DNA of 63,859 nt, filler included, from Choristocarpus tenellus KU-1152 (GCA_964200185.2; 11 parts of 11 records of this genome joined end to end with filler, not necessarily neighbours in it); one strand, 5' to 3'. Shown: positions 39,332-53,440, numbered from the whole stretch's first letter. The notes: generated by a model from the letters alone, not told the origin. Program-made: numbers and translations.

Positions 39332-40003
39332 NNNNNNNNNNNNNNNNNNNNNNNNNNNNNNNNNNNNNNNNNNNNTTAATTAATTAANNNNNNNNNNNNN
39401 NNNNNNNNNNNNNNNNNNNNNNNNNNNNNNNCCCTGACCAGGACAAGTGCACTTGCATTATCCATCCGACTTGTACAACCAAATCACCCAAAAATCGTGA
39501 CATGGAAAAATGGGCCCCAAACGGACAGCCGGCACCCCCACCCAGATACTTTGAGCCACTACATATTAAAAATTGCTCTTATTGCATGTGAAAAATGTCA
39601 AGACAACTGTTTATTTAGAGCAGTAGGGTTGCTTGTTATGAAATTGACCAGGAGTATTTGATATTCTGAATCTGTGTAACAACCTATGGGAGCAATATAC
39701 TGAGGTGGGGTGCTATGTTGTATCTGGAAGAAGGGATACTCTGTTGGCGTAAAAAATGTTGTCATTTATCCCATGTCTCCTCCCCTTTCAATCTTGATAT
39801 GAGTGTATGTTGACACTATTCTCAAGAAAGGATGTATAATTCACGTTTCAAATATTCAGAGCATGAAAAAGCTCTCTTTAGTCAACACCATGGGTAACAG
39901 CAGTTGTTCGATCTACTCTAATGGAAACTACCTTATTCACTAGCACTATAACACCTTATTCGAACCCAATGAAAGATGATCCTAGACATGAAGCAGACAA
40001 CAA

Positions 40004-42604
40004 CTATGAATCTTTAATGTACACCTTGTATGACGAAGAGGTTGATCCTAATTTTTTCCTCCATGCAGACATGGCTACTAGTGTACTGGTACAAGAAACC
40101 ATTTGACAAATTTCGACTTTTACCTTAACCAAGTTTACATCTTCCCTTTCCATACTCCCCCCTTCCCCTATCGATGTATTCCATCCCCACCTGCCTAGGT
40201 CAGCTTGACTGACGTGGTGAAGGGACAGGATCTCGCCCTGTGTCCCTGTCCTTCCACATGAGCAGCACTTCTCTGATATTCGTTTGGTTGCCCTCTCGCC
40301 AGGATCCCTGCGCTCATGTCTCATTGCAAGGCGGTATGCCTTTGGTGGGGGCAGCATCTCACTCCTCTCCAGCCCCTCCAGGACTGTGGTATTGCCCCTA
40401 CTGAACACTGAAGCCACCAGATTGGGGGGGCAAGAAGCAACAATTGCAGCAGTTGCAGGGGAGAGGTCCTTGCTCCACTCAAACATATTCAGGCGGTCAG
40501 TTTCCGTTGGGGGTTCCATTTCTCTTCTTTTCCGTGGAATCAACTCACTAGCACATTGGAAGGCTGACAACAACCAACCACCTCCCCCACCCTTGGCCTG
40601 TTGCCTGTCTCGCTTGCTCTTGCTACGATGACAGTCTTGTAACCCTATTCTTTCTTCCTCTTTCCTGGAACTACTACCCCTGTTCTGACTTTTGTCCCTC
40701 TTGCTTTGTCTTCTGTTTTTGTTGCTTATGTTACTGTAACAACTGTTACTGCTGCTGCTTTCCTCTTCTCTCTTATTATTACTGCTACGGCTACTGCCTC
40801 CTCCTCCTTCATGGCTGTTAAGGTTGGAACAAGTTTTTTGACGGAAAGCTGGGAGTAGGGCAGTCGCACCAACTCTACCCAAGGCCTTACGAAATGGCGT
40901 TTCATCCTTTCCAACCATAGAGCTCTGTAGGCTAGGCGGGCGGCAACTTGCCACTTTTCTGTGCCCGATGATAGTGCTCCTAACCTGTTGGAATTTTCTA
41001 CCCAGAACTGCCTTACCATTCCTCTTACAAGCTCGAGAGGGTAGCAGTCGCCTTTTGATGGTTGCTACATTCCTGTTGCCTCCCATCCGGCAGCTTCTTC
41101 TATGGCTCATGATGTTGGACCGTCTATTGTTCTCTTCTTTACATCTATCCTGTTCATCATTGACAGTTTGGCCTTCATCTCTGGCACTCACAACCTCATA
41201 TACTTCTTTTCGCTCTTTCAGTAGCTTTTGCCCTCCTGCCTTCTCCTTTCCCTTTCCTTTCCCCGTCCCCGTCCCTGTCCCTGCCCCTTCCCCTTTCCCT
41301 CCCCCTGCCAACCGCATTTGATCCCAACATGTTTTCCTCTTTTTTCGAACATAATGAAGGTAATCCTTGGGGCTAGCCCTGCCCACCTTGTGACCTCCTC
41401 TGGTCTCAATTACGCCTATGTTTGGCGACTCTCGTGTCGGTGTCTGACTTGCACCAGTGGTTGCACTTGTGGTATGGTTGGTATGGGTGTAGAGAGAGGT
41501 GATGCTGGGATTACTTTGTGTCAAGAGGGCGGTTCACGTATGGTATGATACAATAAATATTCTGCAACCACAGCAGATATTAAGTGAACTAATCACTCCT
41601 GCACATTCTGTGTGCTCGTCCCATGGAGAGTTACTAGAGAAAATAGGACATCCTTATTCCTTCCATGCATACCAACAAATCCACTTAGCAAGCTCTGGAT
41701 TGCTCTTACCCCATCCTGACTTTACTAGGGCGCTCTTTCAATCATGCACCTTTTCTCTCATGATATTGAATAGATGAGTCAAAGGCTAATTCTATCATTT
41801 TTGTTCTCCTTAATATCCCAATATCATTTCCTACGGAGGGATGGAAGTTGTTGTCTAGCATTATTTTGTACTACAATACAGCAATATGCACAGAGTGCTT
41901 TGGAGGAGATGGTTTGAGCACTAGCTCTATTTGCGGCCATACCCTTGCCAGTAGCTCTTGGGATTATAGTGTTCGTAGAACTTGTAAACGGGAAAGGTAA
42001 GGTGTAGAGGGGGGTTGAAAGAAAGTCGGATTTCTATGAATTTTCTAAAGAAATGCTCATTCTTCAGGGTGGAGATCCTAGAGATAGGATGCGAAACACC
42101 GCTGAAATAGAAGGGTACTCACTTCGCGTTACTATCCAGGTTCTGGAAGCTTGTTGCCGATTTTTTTTTAGATCTCCTTGCCAGTCGCACTGCTTCTGCC
42201 GCAATCCTTGCTGTTGCCACTTCCGATGCTGCTCTTTTCAGCCTGCGCCAACGCCCATCATCATTATTATCATACCCTCCTTTCTGTGTGGGTCCTATTC
42301 GGCTGACTGCTCCCCTTCCAATGTGAAATCCGACCTGAGTCTGTCTACTCTTGGTAGTCTCAGCTTCATTCGCCATCCGGCCCCTTGTAGCGGCGGAATT
42401 TCCAATGGTGTCTTTCTTACTCCTCCGTGCCCTTTTCTCTCTTCCCAGTTCATAAGCAAGGGCACCGAGAGAAGGGGATGATACACTTCGCGACAAGGTA
42501 TTCTCACTGTGTCTCACTTTCTGAGTCCTTGAAGCCCTGAATGTTGAGGTAGAGGGCGAAAAAGGTGTTCTTAGACCTTCCCTCCCATCAAGAGCGACTG
42601 TCAA
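40004..42604 (-). CDS. Hypothetical K/R/S/G-rich protein, large exon(s)
   Basis: 506-codon open frame 40004-41524 plus a 161-codon frame ending at a GTGAGT donor near 42121; no recognisable domain. Confidence 0.4.
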
Positions 42605-43019
42605 CCTATTGCGTTCACATCCTTACCGCATTTGGGCCCCCCAAGTTTGTCGGTGACTGGTCAAGATGATTGTCTGACTCAACACAAAGTCGTCTGTCTC
42701 ACTGGCCGATCAAAGGTTCCACCTGTCTATGCAAACTTGCTATCGATGCCATGACTTCGCTAGGAGATGGTGTTGGCCCATCCTTTCGTGAAAATCTCCG
42801 ATGGGTGGACGGTTTTGGTCGTTCGTTACGTTTGATGTCGACATCACATGACAAACTTCACTTATTCAGTTTTCTCAAATAGTATCTTCACTCCATCATC
42901 CAATCTCTGTACCTCTTTCTATTTCGTTAACATGTTTGTGTACTTCAAGTATTGTTTATTTTTGTGTAACGAACCTAAATATTTATATTAATGGACGGAC
43001 AAGTGACCAAAATCAAATA

Positions 43020-43777
43020 AATTTCCTGGAAGACTAGGAGGAAGAGGCGAGGTCATGGAAACAACTACACACAACTCCCAAAATGCCACTTCTAACAAGG
43101 CGTTGAAGAAGGCTTTAAAGAAGACTGGCAAACAACTCAAACGGAAGAGGGTGTTTGCCCTGCATGCAGGAGATTCTTGACACCTAGACCAGGACGATGG
43201 AAGACCCTATTCACCATGGGGACCAATCTGGTTCCTGCCCACAGAAAGGCGTCAATGTCGAGAGAACCAGAGATCCCTTTCAGCTGATCCTCTTTGACGA
43301 GTCTAGACGGCTACTCACGGAGGAAGCATCCATTATGGAATGGTGGAGGAGATATTTCACAGTGGTCCTTAATATCAAGTCGGTATATCTGAGCCTCCTT
43401 AGTGATGAAACCCCTCAACAATGACTTTCATTCATGACCCTCGTTACCCCTCCAATGATGATGGAATGAACTGAAGCACTATGGGGAATGGGAAATGGGA
43501 ACGCTATGGGTCCCAACAATCCTCCAGTTAAGCTCCTAAAGCTTGACCTTCAGGAGGACGTGGCTATCCTCCTTGGTTTTCGTAAGATTGTGTTGGATGC
43601 GTGGAACCAGCAAGTCGTGCGACAGGACCGGAAAAATACGGTTATCATCGTGCTCTACAATAAGAAGGGTTGTTGCAACTACAGGGGCATTATCATTGGT
43701 GTCACATCCAGCAATGTCCTCAACAAAGTTGTTCGATGGTGGTTGAGACATTACCTGGAACTGGAGAACATCCTTCA
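43020..43777 (+). mobile_element. Decayed RTE-clade LINE (linker plus start of reverse transcriptase)
   Basis: MGNGNAMGPNNPPVKLLKL..WNQQVVRQDRKNTVIIVLYNKK..CNYRGI..NVLNKVV matches the RT domain 0-2 'KA.GPD.lP.ELLK..W....vPq.WK.a.i..l.KK....NYRgIsl' pattern. Stops and frameshifts present; truncated by MITE B at 43778. Confidence 0.85.
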
Positions 43778-43939
43778 GGGTCAAAGTATCTGGGGGGGGG
43801 GGGGTGTCGGCGTCCGTTTTTCACCCTTTTTTCTTCGATTTTCCCTTTTTTGGTGTGATTTGGTCGCACATGTTGGATTTGAAATATCAGCAAAAAATAG
43901 AGTTGTTTGACCGAAACGGACGCCCCCTCACAACCCCCC
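43778..43939. mobile_element. Poly-G MITE family B, near-complete copy
   Basis: GGGTCAAAGTATCT-G12..GGCGTCCGTTT at the left; the inverted AAACGGACGCC..C-run at the right, just before the contig break. Confidence 0.75.
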
Positions 43940-45051
43940 NNNNNNNNNNNNNNNNNNNNNNNNNNNNNNNNNNNNNNNNNNNNTTAATTAATTAANNNNN
44001 NNNNNNNNNNNNNNNNNNNNNNNNNNNNNNNNNNNNNNNCCCCCCCCCAGATACTTTAGGTCCCATGGTGGGTCTGAGATAGATAAAAGTCAAACTAGGT
44101 TTCTACAGACAGTTCCAGAGAATAGAGAAGGCAAAAATAATGGATACAAGTATTGTTACACCTCTACCTTGGAGTACTACATAGTATATACTCTAGTACA
44201 TCGGGTTAGGGAAAGGATTAGGGAAAGGAGTTGCAAATTACTTTGCATCATATTTCTTTACAAACTCAACACCCGAACCAAGAAGGTTAGGCTGACTCTA
44301 CCTGATCGCCAGTATTGACTTTCCATATCAGGCATCTTCTTGCCATCTCGTACACCTCATTGTGTGTTTACATTGCCAGTAGTAACTGCCGGTCTCGCGC
44401 GTGCGATCGCGACAAACGCGCGCGTCGACCAAACGAACCGTTGAAGTCTTGTACTGACGCCAACCACCTCATATTCTGTTAGTTACGGTTATATTACCCC
44501 ATTTCTGCGTAGTATTAATTTTTTACTTCTCCATCTCGACTGCTTTCTAATATTAACATAATTTATGTACCAATATAATGTTCTGTGTTGTAATATGCTA
44601 CTGTTGTTCTATGGTAAGAAGAGCACAAGATAGGATAGTGTGGCACACAGTACCAGATGTGACATGGGTAAGGATTGACTGATCCCAAAGTGAGCAGCAA
44701 TCGTTCTTCTTGTCTTGATGTTGACTGAGGAGTAGATTGCACTTCGAAAGGAGACTTTAACTACCCTCATTGTCGGTGATGAAAGGTGTTGGACTCTCTA
44801 TTCAATAGTCTGTTGTCTTGCCTGCAAGAGAACGAGCAGGTGGGGGGCCTTACATGTGAAAGGCCCCCTCATCCTAGATGCTCGGGTGCTGCAGTACCAG
44901 CAACTTGAAGGGTGAAGTGCACCCCACTCATCTTGGCTATGTATTGCATCATGAAGGAAAATTAAGTAACAACAAACGTGACAAGGAAATATCATCAAAC
45001 CAATGAATGACCTGTCGATCAGAAGTAGGTCTAATCAGTTGAACTTGGAGA

Positions 45052-45299
45052 GAGTGAAAGTATCTTAGAGGGTACGAGTTTTCCCCTGTTTGTCCATTTG
45101 GGGCTTGGCTTCCGGCAGGTTTTTGATGACAGTTTCTTACTCCAAAATGTTTTGGAATAGGTAAAACGTGTACGTTATGAAAGGAGTGTCGGAAACAACA
45201 ATATTGACACTCCCTAACAAACACAATAGCCAAAATTACATCAAATTGCAACATTGGATTTGGCCCCCAAATGGCTCTACCCTCTAAGATACTTGACTC
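45052..45299. mobile_element. MITE family A, copy 8
   Basis: Full TIRs; AGA/AGA duplication. Confidence 0.92.
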
Positions 45300-46496
45300 A
45301 GACAGAGTGAATGAGAGGACTCAGTTTTTACCCATTTAGTATTTTTAGCCTGTTTTTCAAACTTCTACCATTCATCCATAGACGGTTTATTTCTTTATTG
45401 TTCGAAAACACTTCGACATAATTCAAAATTTTCCTTGCACATATTAAAAAAAAAAAAAGAAGCTAAATTCAAATTTTGCACATATTTGACGACATAATTA
45501 GAATTAGGGTTATAGGGTACCTCTATCTTACATTTGACTATTTATTGAACTTGCAAACATGTGCAAGCAATAATACAATCACAATCTATCGTGTAGTATA
45601 TGTTAACACCCCCTCCTCGATTGATAAACTGGCAAAATCACTCTCTTGCTAGCAACAACCGCATACCAGCAAGAGGAAGAGAAGTAAGAATAGGGACAAC
45701 ACAAGTACACAACTCTGACAACAACATGAGAAAAGGAGGGAATGACGGTGGGAGTAGATAACAGATGACAAGTGATGAGACACCAATCAGAAAGAGCAGG
45801 ATAACTAAAGAATCACAAAAGATCCCAATTCTTCTTCAGACCGAATTATGCGCTCTTATAGTAGTAGATTGTCACACCCATCAGCAAGTTGGGGGACCAT
45901 GTACGAATGTGCTTAACACCAACAACAATAATAATACATGAAGCCACCATCTTGGAAAATTAAATCAGCACCAAAAAATAGGAAGGCGTGCCGCACACTT
46001 TTGCCGGGTCATCTTATCACAGTTTTCAGTGATTTTTGATGATACTTTGATCTCCGCCTTAATAAATACCCTAGATAGATGGATAGAATGGATGGGATAA
46101 GTATTTCACATCCCTCCCCAACCCAGTGACCTGCAAGACAGCATAATAGCTGGCACCATCCGATTTCTGGTCTTTTTTATTCAAATCTCACGGTTACAGA
46201 AATGAACAAACACATTCGAATCATGTGTTTCCCTCAACAGGTTTAGTAGTGCTCATGAGTTAAGGAAATAAAGTCTTACCACCATTACTTTGAACGAAAT
46301 CCAACGGCGCATTGAAACAAACAAACATGCATCTCAATCAAGAGTACAAAGCAGTAACACAATACACATACACACCACTAAATCATGCTTGCATCTAATC
46401 TCGGCATCAACAAGAAGACATGACCCTGCTCCGGTCTCCCTTGCCGCCAACAACCCTCTCAACTGAAACCCGAATGACCTCATCAACATGACCAAG

Positions 46497-46594
46497 GCGT
46501 AAACAAGGCATTGGTGGACAAGCAAGGAGCAACTGCCATGGACTATGCCAGTCATCAGGAGGACGAGAAAATGGTGCAGCTGCTGAAGGGTTGA
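46497..46594 (+). CDS. Probable terminal exon of an ankyrin-repeat protein
   Basis: (G)VNKALVDKQGATAMDYASHQEDEKMVQLLKG* fits the ankyrin consensus G.d....D..G.TaldyA......mV.LL; upstream exons not identified. Confidence 0.5.
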
Positions 46595-47449
46595 CTTGCC
46601 GTATGCTGTACAGAGAGGAACGAAGGCGTTTGAATCAAATCACAAGAAGCACACCTGATGTGGCAATCATAGACCAACCAGAGGAAAGAAAAAAATCAGC
46701 AGAAGATACACCTGTTTCACCTTCTGTAATTGACACAAAACACAAAAGACTTGCCTTCCCTGCCTATAACCCCAGAGTCACACCTCTACCTACGTATCTA
46801 TAGCTGCAGTCATCCTGTTGACCTCATATTTTGTTCATCGGAATGGCATGCATATACTCCTCTGTGGAGACAGATACTGTCGCCTGATGAGGGAGGCTGA
46901 ACAAGCCACCGCCACTCCAGCACCTTGCCTAGAAGGAGCTCAGGAAGTGTCCTTCTTTCCACAAGCTTCAACACATACCAGAGAGAAAAACAAAAACATT
47001 CCAGGAAATACTTCTCTACTAAGTGCATTAGAAAATGGCAGCTCACAGACAGCGCTGGGCTTCTCCCCGCATGTAGCGCTCGCTATCTACCATTGAAATA
47101 TTCTGAGGAGTATCCTCATTCCAGACAAAACTGGATCAAATGCGTCAAGAGGCAAGCAGCCAATGACTCCTTCATTTCGGAATGCTGCTGACTGAGAAAG
47201 CAAGCAATGCAATTATACGGCATCTCTCACCAGTGAGAGCACAAACCTCGAAGGCCGGCACCTCTAGAACCTTTTCCAAACACGTACAAGTAGAAAGCAG
47301 TGCTTACACACACTCTTGCTCGAAGAAATCTCCAGTCTCCTCGCCAACAACACCACCACGTGCCTGTCTTGTCTGCAGACATACAAGCACTGATCTTGAT
47401 GTTCTCCAAACATGGGAAAGACATTGGTACCACCCAAAAAACCATAGGA

Positions 47450-47522
47450 CCACAGCACACACCTCAAACACACAGTGAGCACACACCTCAAACATACAGT
47501 GAGCACACACCTCAAGCACACC
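47450..47522 (+). repeat. 24-bp tandem repeat x3
   Basis: GCACACACCTCAA repeated with CACAGTGA spacers. Confidence 0.75.
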
Positions 47523-47979
47523 GCCACTTCCCCATGGCAGCCCTGAGTACCAACCAACAAAATGTCAATAGTCCCAGAAAATCCCCGTCTTGGTGTAGAA
47601 TCAAGGAAACATTGATTCCCATTGGACCCAGCACATGAAATGCCTTACCTTCACCTGGTTCACCCAAATATGTGTACAATAGAAACTGGTTCCCTTGAAT
47701 ACACTCTGACAAAACTATGCTATGCCACTAACACAAACGCACCCCACCAGGGCACCTCATATCCGAGCATCCCTCAGAAGGGATAAGCAGAGAGAGTGGG
47801 GGGGGGGGGGGGGGGGGAAGAAATGTGCACACTCAATCCAGAGATCGGAAGGGGGGCGGGTAGGGAAAGAGGGTAGATCNNNNNNNNNNNNNNNNNNNNN
47901 NNNNNNNNNNNNNNNNNNNNNNNTTAATTAATTAANNNNNNNNNNNNNNNNNNNNNNNNNNNNNNNNNNNNNNNNNNNN

Positions 47980-50900
47980 TTCCATTGGCCCCTGCAAGGT
48001 TAGCACTGTACGCCCGACGCCTCTCTAACACCCTACCTCTCCCCCAAACTTGCCCTCCACCGTTGCCCACCCCCCTAACCCCTCTCCCTCTCCCACTCCC
48101 TGACCAGGCTCCTCCACCCCGCCTGCTCCCCACAGACAGACACGACATCACATCATTCTCCTCACGCTTCTCCTTCCCCTCCTGCCAGCAGAGACCATTT
48201 GGCCCAGCCTGTGTCCAGAACCCAGTCCGCTTGAATGGGAAAGGATCGGATTGTGACCTTGATTTCCGAACATCCTTGTGGTCAACATCACTGCCATTCC
48301 CGCCATCGCCATCGGAACTCCCTGTTGGACCATTGTGAACGTTGTTAGTATCCCCAAACCGCCCCAGGCTTTCCCAACCCCTGCCCAGACGAGGGGAACA
48401 TTTAAACTCTTCCTCATCCTTTCTGGGTACCAGTGGGGCGCTTGCGGGTGCTACAGGCATGGCTCTGGAGCCCATTACAACATTACTAACATATTCTGCC
48501 CCTTGACTGTACCCGGGCTCTAGCACTGACACTGCATCTGCAATCAACTCAGATCCAGCGACAGCTTTCGTACCCTCGACTACACATGGGCCCTCACACA
48601 CCACCTCTGGAGTCTCACAGACTGCTTCCGTTGAGGCATCAGTGCCAATGACGGAGTCCTCATCAGAGGGTGTCATAGTGAGGAAAGGCGTGTAGACCTC
48701 ACGGACTGGGCTAGTTGACGCGGACGGAAGCAGAGGCTGGCTACCCCTTGGGGGCTGCTCATCGTGTGAAGGAGTTCAGTCATGGAAAAAAAGGGGAAAT
48801 AAAAAACAACAAAAAAAAGGAATCGATAAATATCAAAATTGGAAAAAATAAATAAAAGAAACTGGAGATGGTTAAGAGCAGAGAGACACACTTGAAAGAA
48901 ATATTAGTGCCAAGTCTTGTAGCATATACTTAGGGTTAGGAGGGTCAGGGTAGTCGGTTTGTTTTTGGCTGGAGGGGTAGAATGATAGAAATAACAGAAC
49001 CATGCGCTACACAAATCACTCCTTAGCAATGATGACATAACTTCAACTTACCCTTAGCAACTATCTCTTCACCACCAACATCAAAAATGTCACAAAACCC
49101 CCACAACAGTAAGTCCTACCTCAGCCCACCAACGTCACTACTGAACCACCACGCCCAATAGTGACCCCTTACTTTCACAACCCCTCTCAAGCCTCCCGTT
49201 ACGCACCAGAAAATACACAAAAAAAAACAAAACATTGGAACTCCGACCAGGCGTTTCTGGAAAACCGACCAAAAAAACAACAAAACAAAAGCAAAGTGCA
49301 CTGCATGAGCACTCACCCTCCCAAGACTGCGCAACAGCTGCACCACTGAATCAACACTGGGCAACCACGCCCCCGCCTCTGACGGCTTCATCCCCACAGT
49401 CACCGTGAATACGCTCCCAGGTCTCCCCTGCACCTCCGATGGCTTGACAGGGACATGGAAGACCTGTACAGGGCAAATCGGGGAGTGTGCGGGAAACAGA
49501 TAGGCCAAGCCCAAATGCGTGCACTTAATTGCCTCGTTGGTCTAAATCAATACACGAGAATCTTGCTCCAGACAATATTCCGATCTTGCAGCCAAAAGAA
49601 TGAGAAATAGAAGTCTTCTTCCTGTACCCCCTTTTAAACAATTTGAAAAGAAGTAATAAAATCATACACCTTTTTGAATATATAGTTGAATATACTATTT
49701 TGAATATAATAGTTAAATATACTACTGTGTGCTGTTTCATGCCCCCAAAAATATACTCGCAAGCTGTCTTGATGACAATTTAAATTCTATGGTACGTAAT
49801 TCCTTAGAATTTATTCCTTAGCATAGCTTGTCAAAAACGATCACTTGTAGCAATCCTAATGATTCCATCGACACCAGAACCATTTTTTTTCCCCCCCTTC
49901 AAATATTCATCCACATCATTATCCTTACAATAAACCATAACACATTTTTTTTCTTTAGGAACAGAAAAAAAATATTGTAGGAAAATCCCACTCCTAATAA
50001 ATTTCTTTTCCTTAAAAATAATAACAACCCGAAGAGAATACACCAACATTTAAAATAATAATAATAACCATCGGTGCATGCCCTCAACAATCCCCTCCGT
50101 ACAGGAAACAACTCTTTTGCTTCCTCCAAAACTGTTTCTTAAAAAGGCAAAAACATTTATCTAACGCTCGTTGTTGTTGTTATTATTATTACTATTGTTG
50201 GTATTATTGTTATTATTATTAGTGTTGTTATTATTATTATTGTTATTATTATTATTACTATTGCTATTATTGTTGTTGTGTCAGAAGGAACAAACCTTTC
50301 AACCTTTTCAACCTTTTTACTCACATTATTCACAGCACAAAACATGTCCTCGTCGCTGACATCATCTCCCACACACAGACAGAAATCACCCCCACATCCA
50401 GGTGTCGTGGCTGTGTCTTCCTTGCTACTCTCTCCTCTGTTGCCCTCCTCCTCTCCCTCCCCTCCCTCCCGAGAGAAAAGTCCTTTCTTGGTCCACCCCA
50501 GTCTGCCCATGATCGTCTGCACAAAGCACCCCTTGCTGACGCCCTTAGCACGCACCTTTTCATTTAATATTTTTATTTTCACATAAAAAAAAAAATGCGA
50601 TGCAAAACAGTTACGAAAACAGACCCAAGAATTGTTGTTAGAAAATATATTTTTTTACATAGCTTTGAATTTTTTAAGCGTACGATTAAAAAAAAAAACA
50701 GGACAGAAAGTTGTAAAAATATATGTATATATATATTCTTATTTTGGAAAAGACATGGGAAACCTTTAAGGAAAAAACAATTATATATATATATGTATGT
50801 ATATGTATTCCCTTTATTGCTGTAAGACCAATTACTTCACTGCAAGAAGAATATACTTCCACCCTTACAATGTTCTAACCAAACCACAAAGAAATTTCTT

Positions 50901-52988
50901 GTTGGTGGACAAGATCCACAAATAATAATAATGTACCAAAGCACAACTTCTTGTCGCTCGGTAAAACAACAGTCCCCCTTTCCATAAAAAAAAAACTTGG
51001 TTTGCCCTTCAACAGTTAGGGTTAGGGTTAGGGTTGAGACTGGGCCACATGATGGCAAAACAAATAGCACTGTCATTACTTCTGCCTCAGGTCACAAAGC
51101 AAAACCCCGGGCCATGGGGGGGGTATTTCCTACCAGAACATTTACATCCTGCAATCCAATTTTCAAGATATAGGACTTGCATCAATAAATATCGTTACCA
51201 AAAGAAAAATTGTAACTGATCTGCCTCACTTTCAAGTAGTGGACCAAAGAACACTGCTAGTCCCCCCCCCCCCCCCCCCCTCCCCACCACCAAAAGCCTC
51301 ACCTCCAGGTATGCCCCACCCGAGCCAGCATCTACGTCCCTCCCCTCCTCAAGGATGATCTCAACTCCTCCTCCCCGACCCAGACCCACACCGGGTTCTC
51401 CCTGCCCCTGCCCACCATGCCCCTGAAAGCAGCTGCAATGGACTGGTGAGGCAATCTCTTCCCCCCCCAGCTGCTCCAACTCCTCCTCTTCTTGAACACA
51501 TAGCACATCGGTCAACTCATCTTGGAGTTGCTTGGCCTGGGGATGATCGATACATGGGAGTCTATGAGGGTGGTGTGTGTGTGTGTGTGTGTTTGAGATT
51601 GAAAGCAAATACTGAAGGTGAAGTAATCCATGAAGGACATTCTAACCATTTACAAATCACAATCACTACATAAAATATATGATATATAAAAAAACACATC
51701 AACACAACAATAATATTTATTAAAAATATCATCTTAATTTACCCGTAGGCTAGCTAGATATAGGGTGATAAGGCACTACCTACATCCTGTACCACATCTC
51801 ACTTCACCTAATATTATCAATCATATCAGTGATGTCACTATCAACACTAATACCTGCATTGCACCAAATTCCTTGTCGGCATCACCATAATGCCACAACA
51901 GGGCTGTACCCTTCTCCTCAATGTAGGCCCCATGAGTATGAATCTGTAATTAGCAGATAACAACGGCAAGGAGGATAAAGAAAAATAATATATTTTTAAT
52001 GAATTTAGAATTTAAGAATAAAAAAATGTTATTAAAGACTGTAGTACTTACAAAGCAGTACACTACTTCAACACTATCAATCAGAATATTAAAAGTGTCG
52101 TAACAGCACAATTAGCAATTTTCTGCTTAAAAAAAAAAAAAAAAAAACGGTAGTGCAGCACATCAACAAAATAATATAAAATAATAAATCAGTTCTGTAT
52201 AAAAATATTTACATAAATTGAACAAAAATCACCCTATTCTATAGGTTAAAAAAAAATCAGATACTATTCTGGTGCGGGTCTAACCTAAGAACGTACACAG
52301 TACACTAAAAAATGCCACTTTCAAAAAAATATTTACTCCTACGCTGAACTGCCCGCATACTATAGTAATACCAACTTTAGAACAACACATCCATTTCCTT
52401 CATTTTATCTTTTCGAAGGGACCGTCTCAACCAATCAGGATCCCACAAAATGAGAAGACACATCCCCATCCCTAACCCCAACCCCAACCCTAAACCCTAA
52501 ACCCTATATGAAAATAAATAAAATAACAATAACATGTGCATATTATACAAACGTAACTAAATGAAAAAAGGTACAGGCACTCTTGACAACACTTTTCTTA
52601 AAATCACATTTTGACAGGGAGGATCGTGCACTGGTATCTGAAGGTAACATACATAATTGGGTCCTAAAATGCAAAGGTGCCTGTCAGTTTTATCCTTCTA
52701 CCACCATGTACCCTCTACACTCTCCTCTTCAAAGTGCATCATGTGCAGTATTAGCTAGTGTATTACAGTGCACCATTGCTACTACTTTCACGAGCATCAC
52801 CAGGGGTGAGAATAAATAAATAAATAATTATATACATAAAAAGATAAGATTTGTTCTTGTTGTAGAGATCAGCCCAAATCTCAAAACATCTATACACACA
52901 CAAGTGAGAAATAAAAGAAGAAAAACACCAACACGTAGGATGAACACTAACGTCTTCACTATATGTACATTATATTCTTACGCAAATA

Positions 52989-53031
<43 letters not shown>

Positions 53032-53440
53032 GCATAACAGAGAAGTCAAGTCAACCAACCCCCACTCTCTATCAATAGTAGTACTAGTAAAACACTCTAA
53101 ATATGGAATGTAACACCTCACCTGGAATGCATGCATAAACCTCCGGGTCAGGTCCTTCCAGGAAGCATTGGTAAGACTAGGATGCAACGCCTCCCACTTC
53201 TCCTTCAAAACCTCACCTCTGCCTTCCTTACACCCCAAACCCTTTCCTTCCTCCTCTCTCACAACACTTTTCCCTTCCTCCTCTTCTCCAAAGGCACTGC
53301 CCACGCCACAAGACGAGAAACCATTTGCGGTCTCATCTACCATGGAAGGCTTTTTTGAAATACCACATTCTTGCCCCCAGGCTGGCTCTGGGGTCAGATC
53401 CTGGTCATTGCGAGCCTCATCAGGTGTTGATGTCCCTTGT
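47980..53440 (-). CDS. TPS: Trehalose-6-phosphate synthase/phosphatase, phosphatase (HAD) domain exons plus C-terminal extension
   Basis: Exons 53440-53122, 51943-51854, 51536-51303, 50555-50325, 49463-49317 and 48754 onward: ..SWKDLTRRFMHAFQIHTHGAYIEEKGTALLWHYGDADKEFGAMQAKQLQDEL..YLEVRAKGVSKG..DFCLCVGDDVSDEDMF..VFTVTVGMKPSEA..V..LL..L, typical TPP-domain motifs. Confidence 0.9.
50170..50280 (+). repeat. (ATT/GTT)n microsatellite
   Basis: Intronic triplet repeat; source of the poly-Leu ORF at 50171-50359. Confidence 0.9.

Noticed and set aside
939-53440. Functional clustering of RNA-processing and nuclear genes (TENT4, NUP93, DDX27)
   Set aside because: They are on separate contigs joined artificially, so their adjacency is meaningless.
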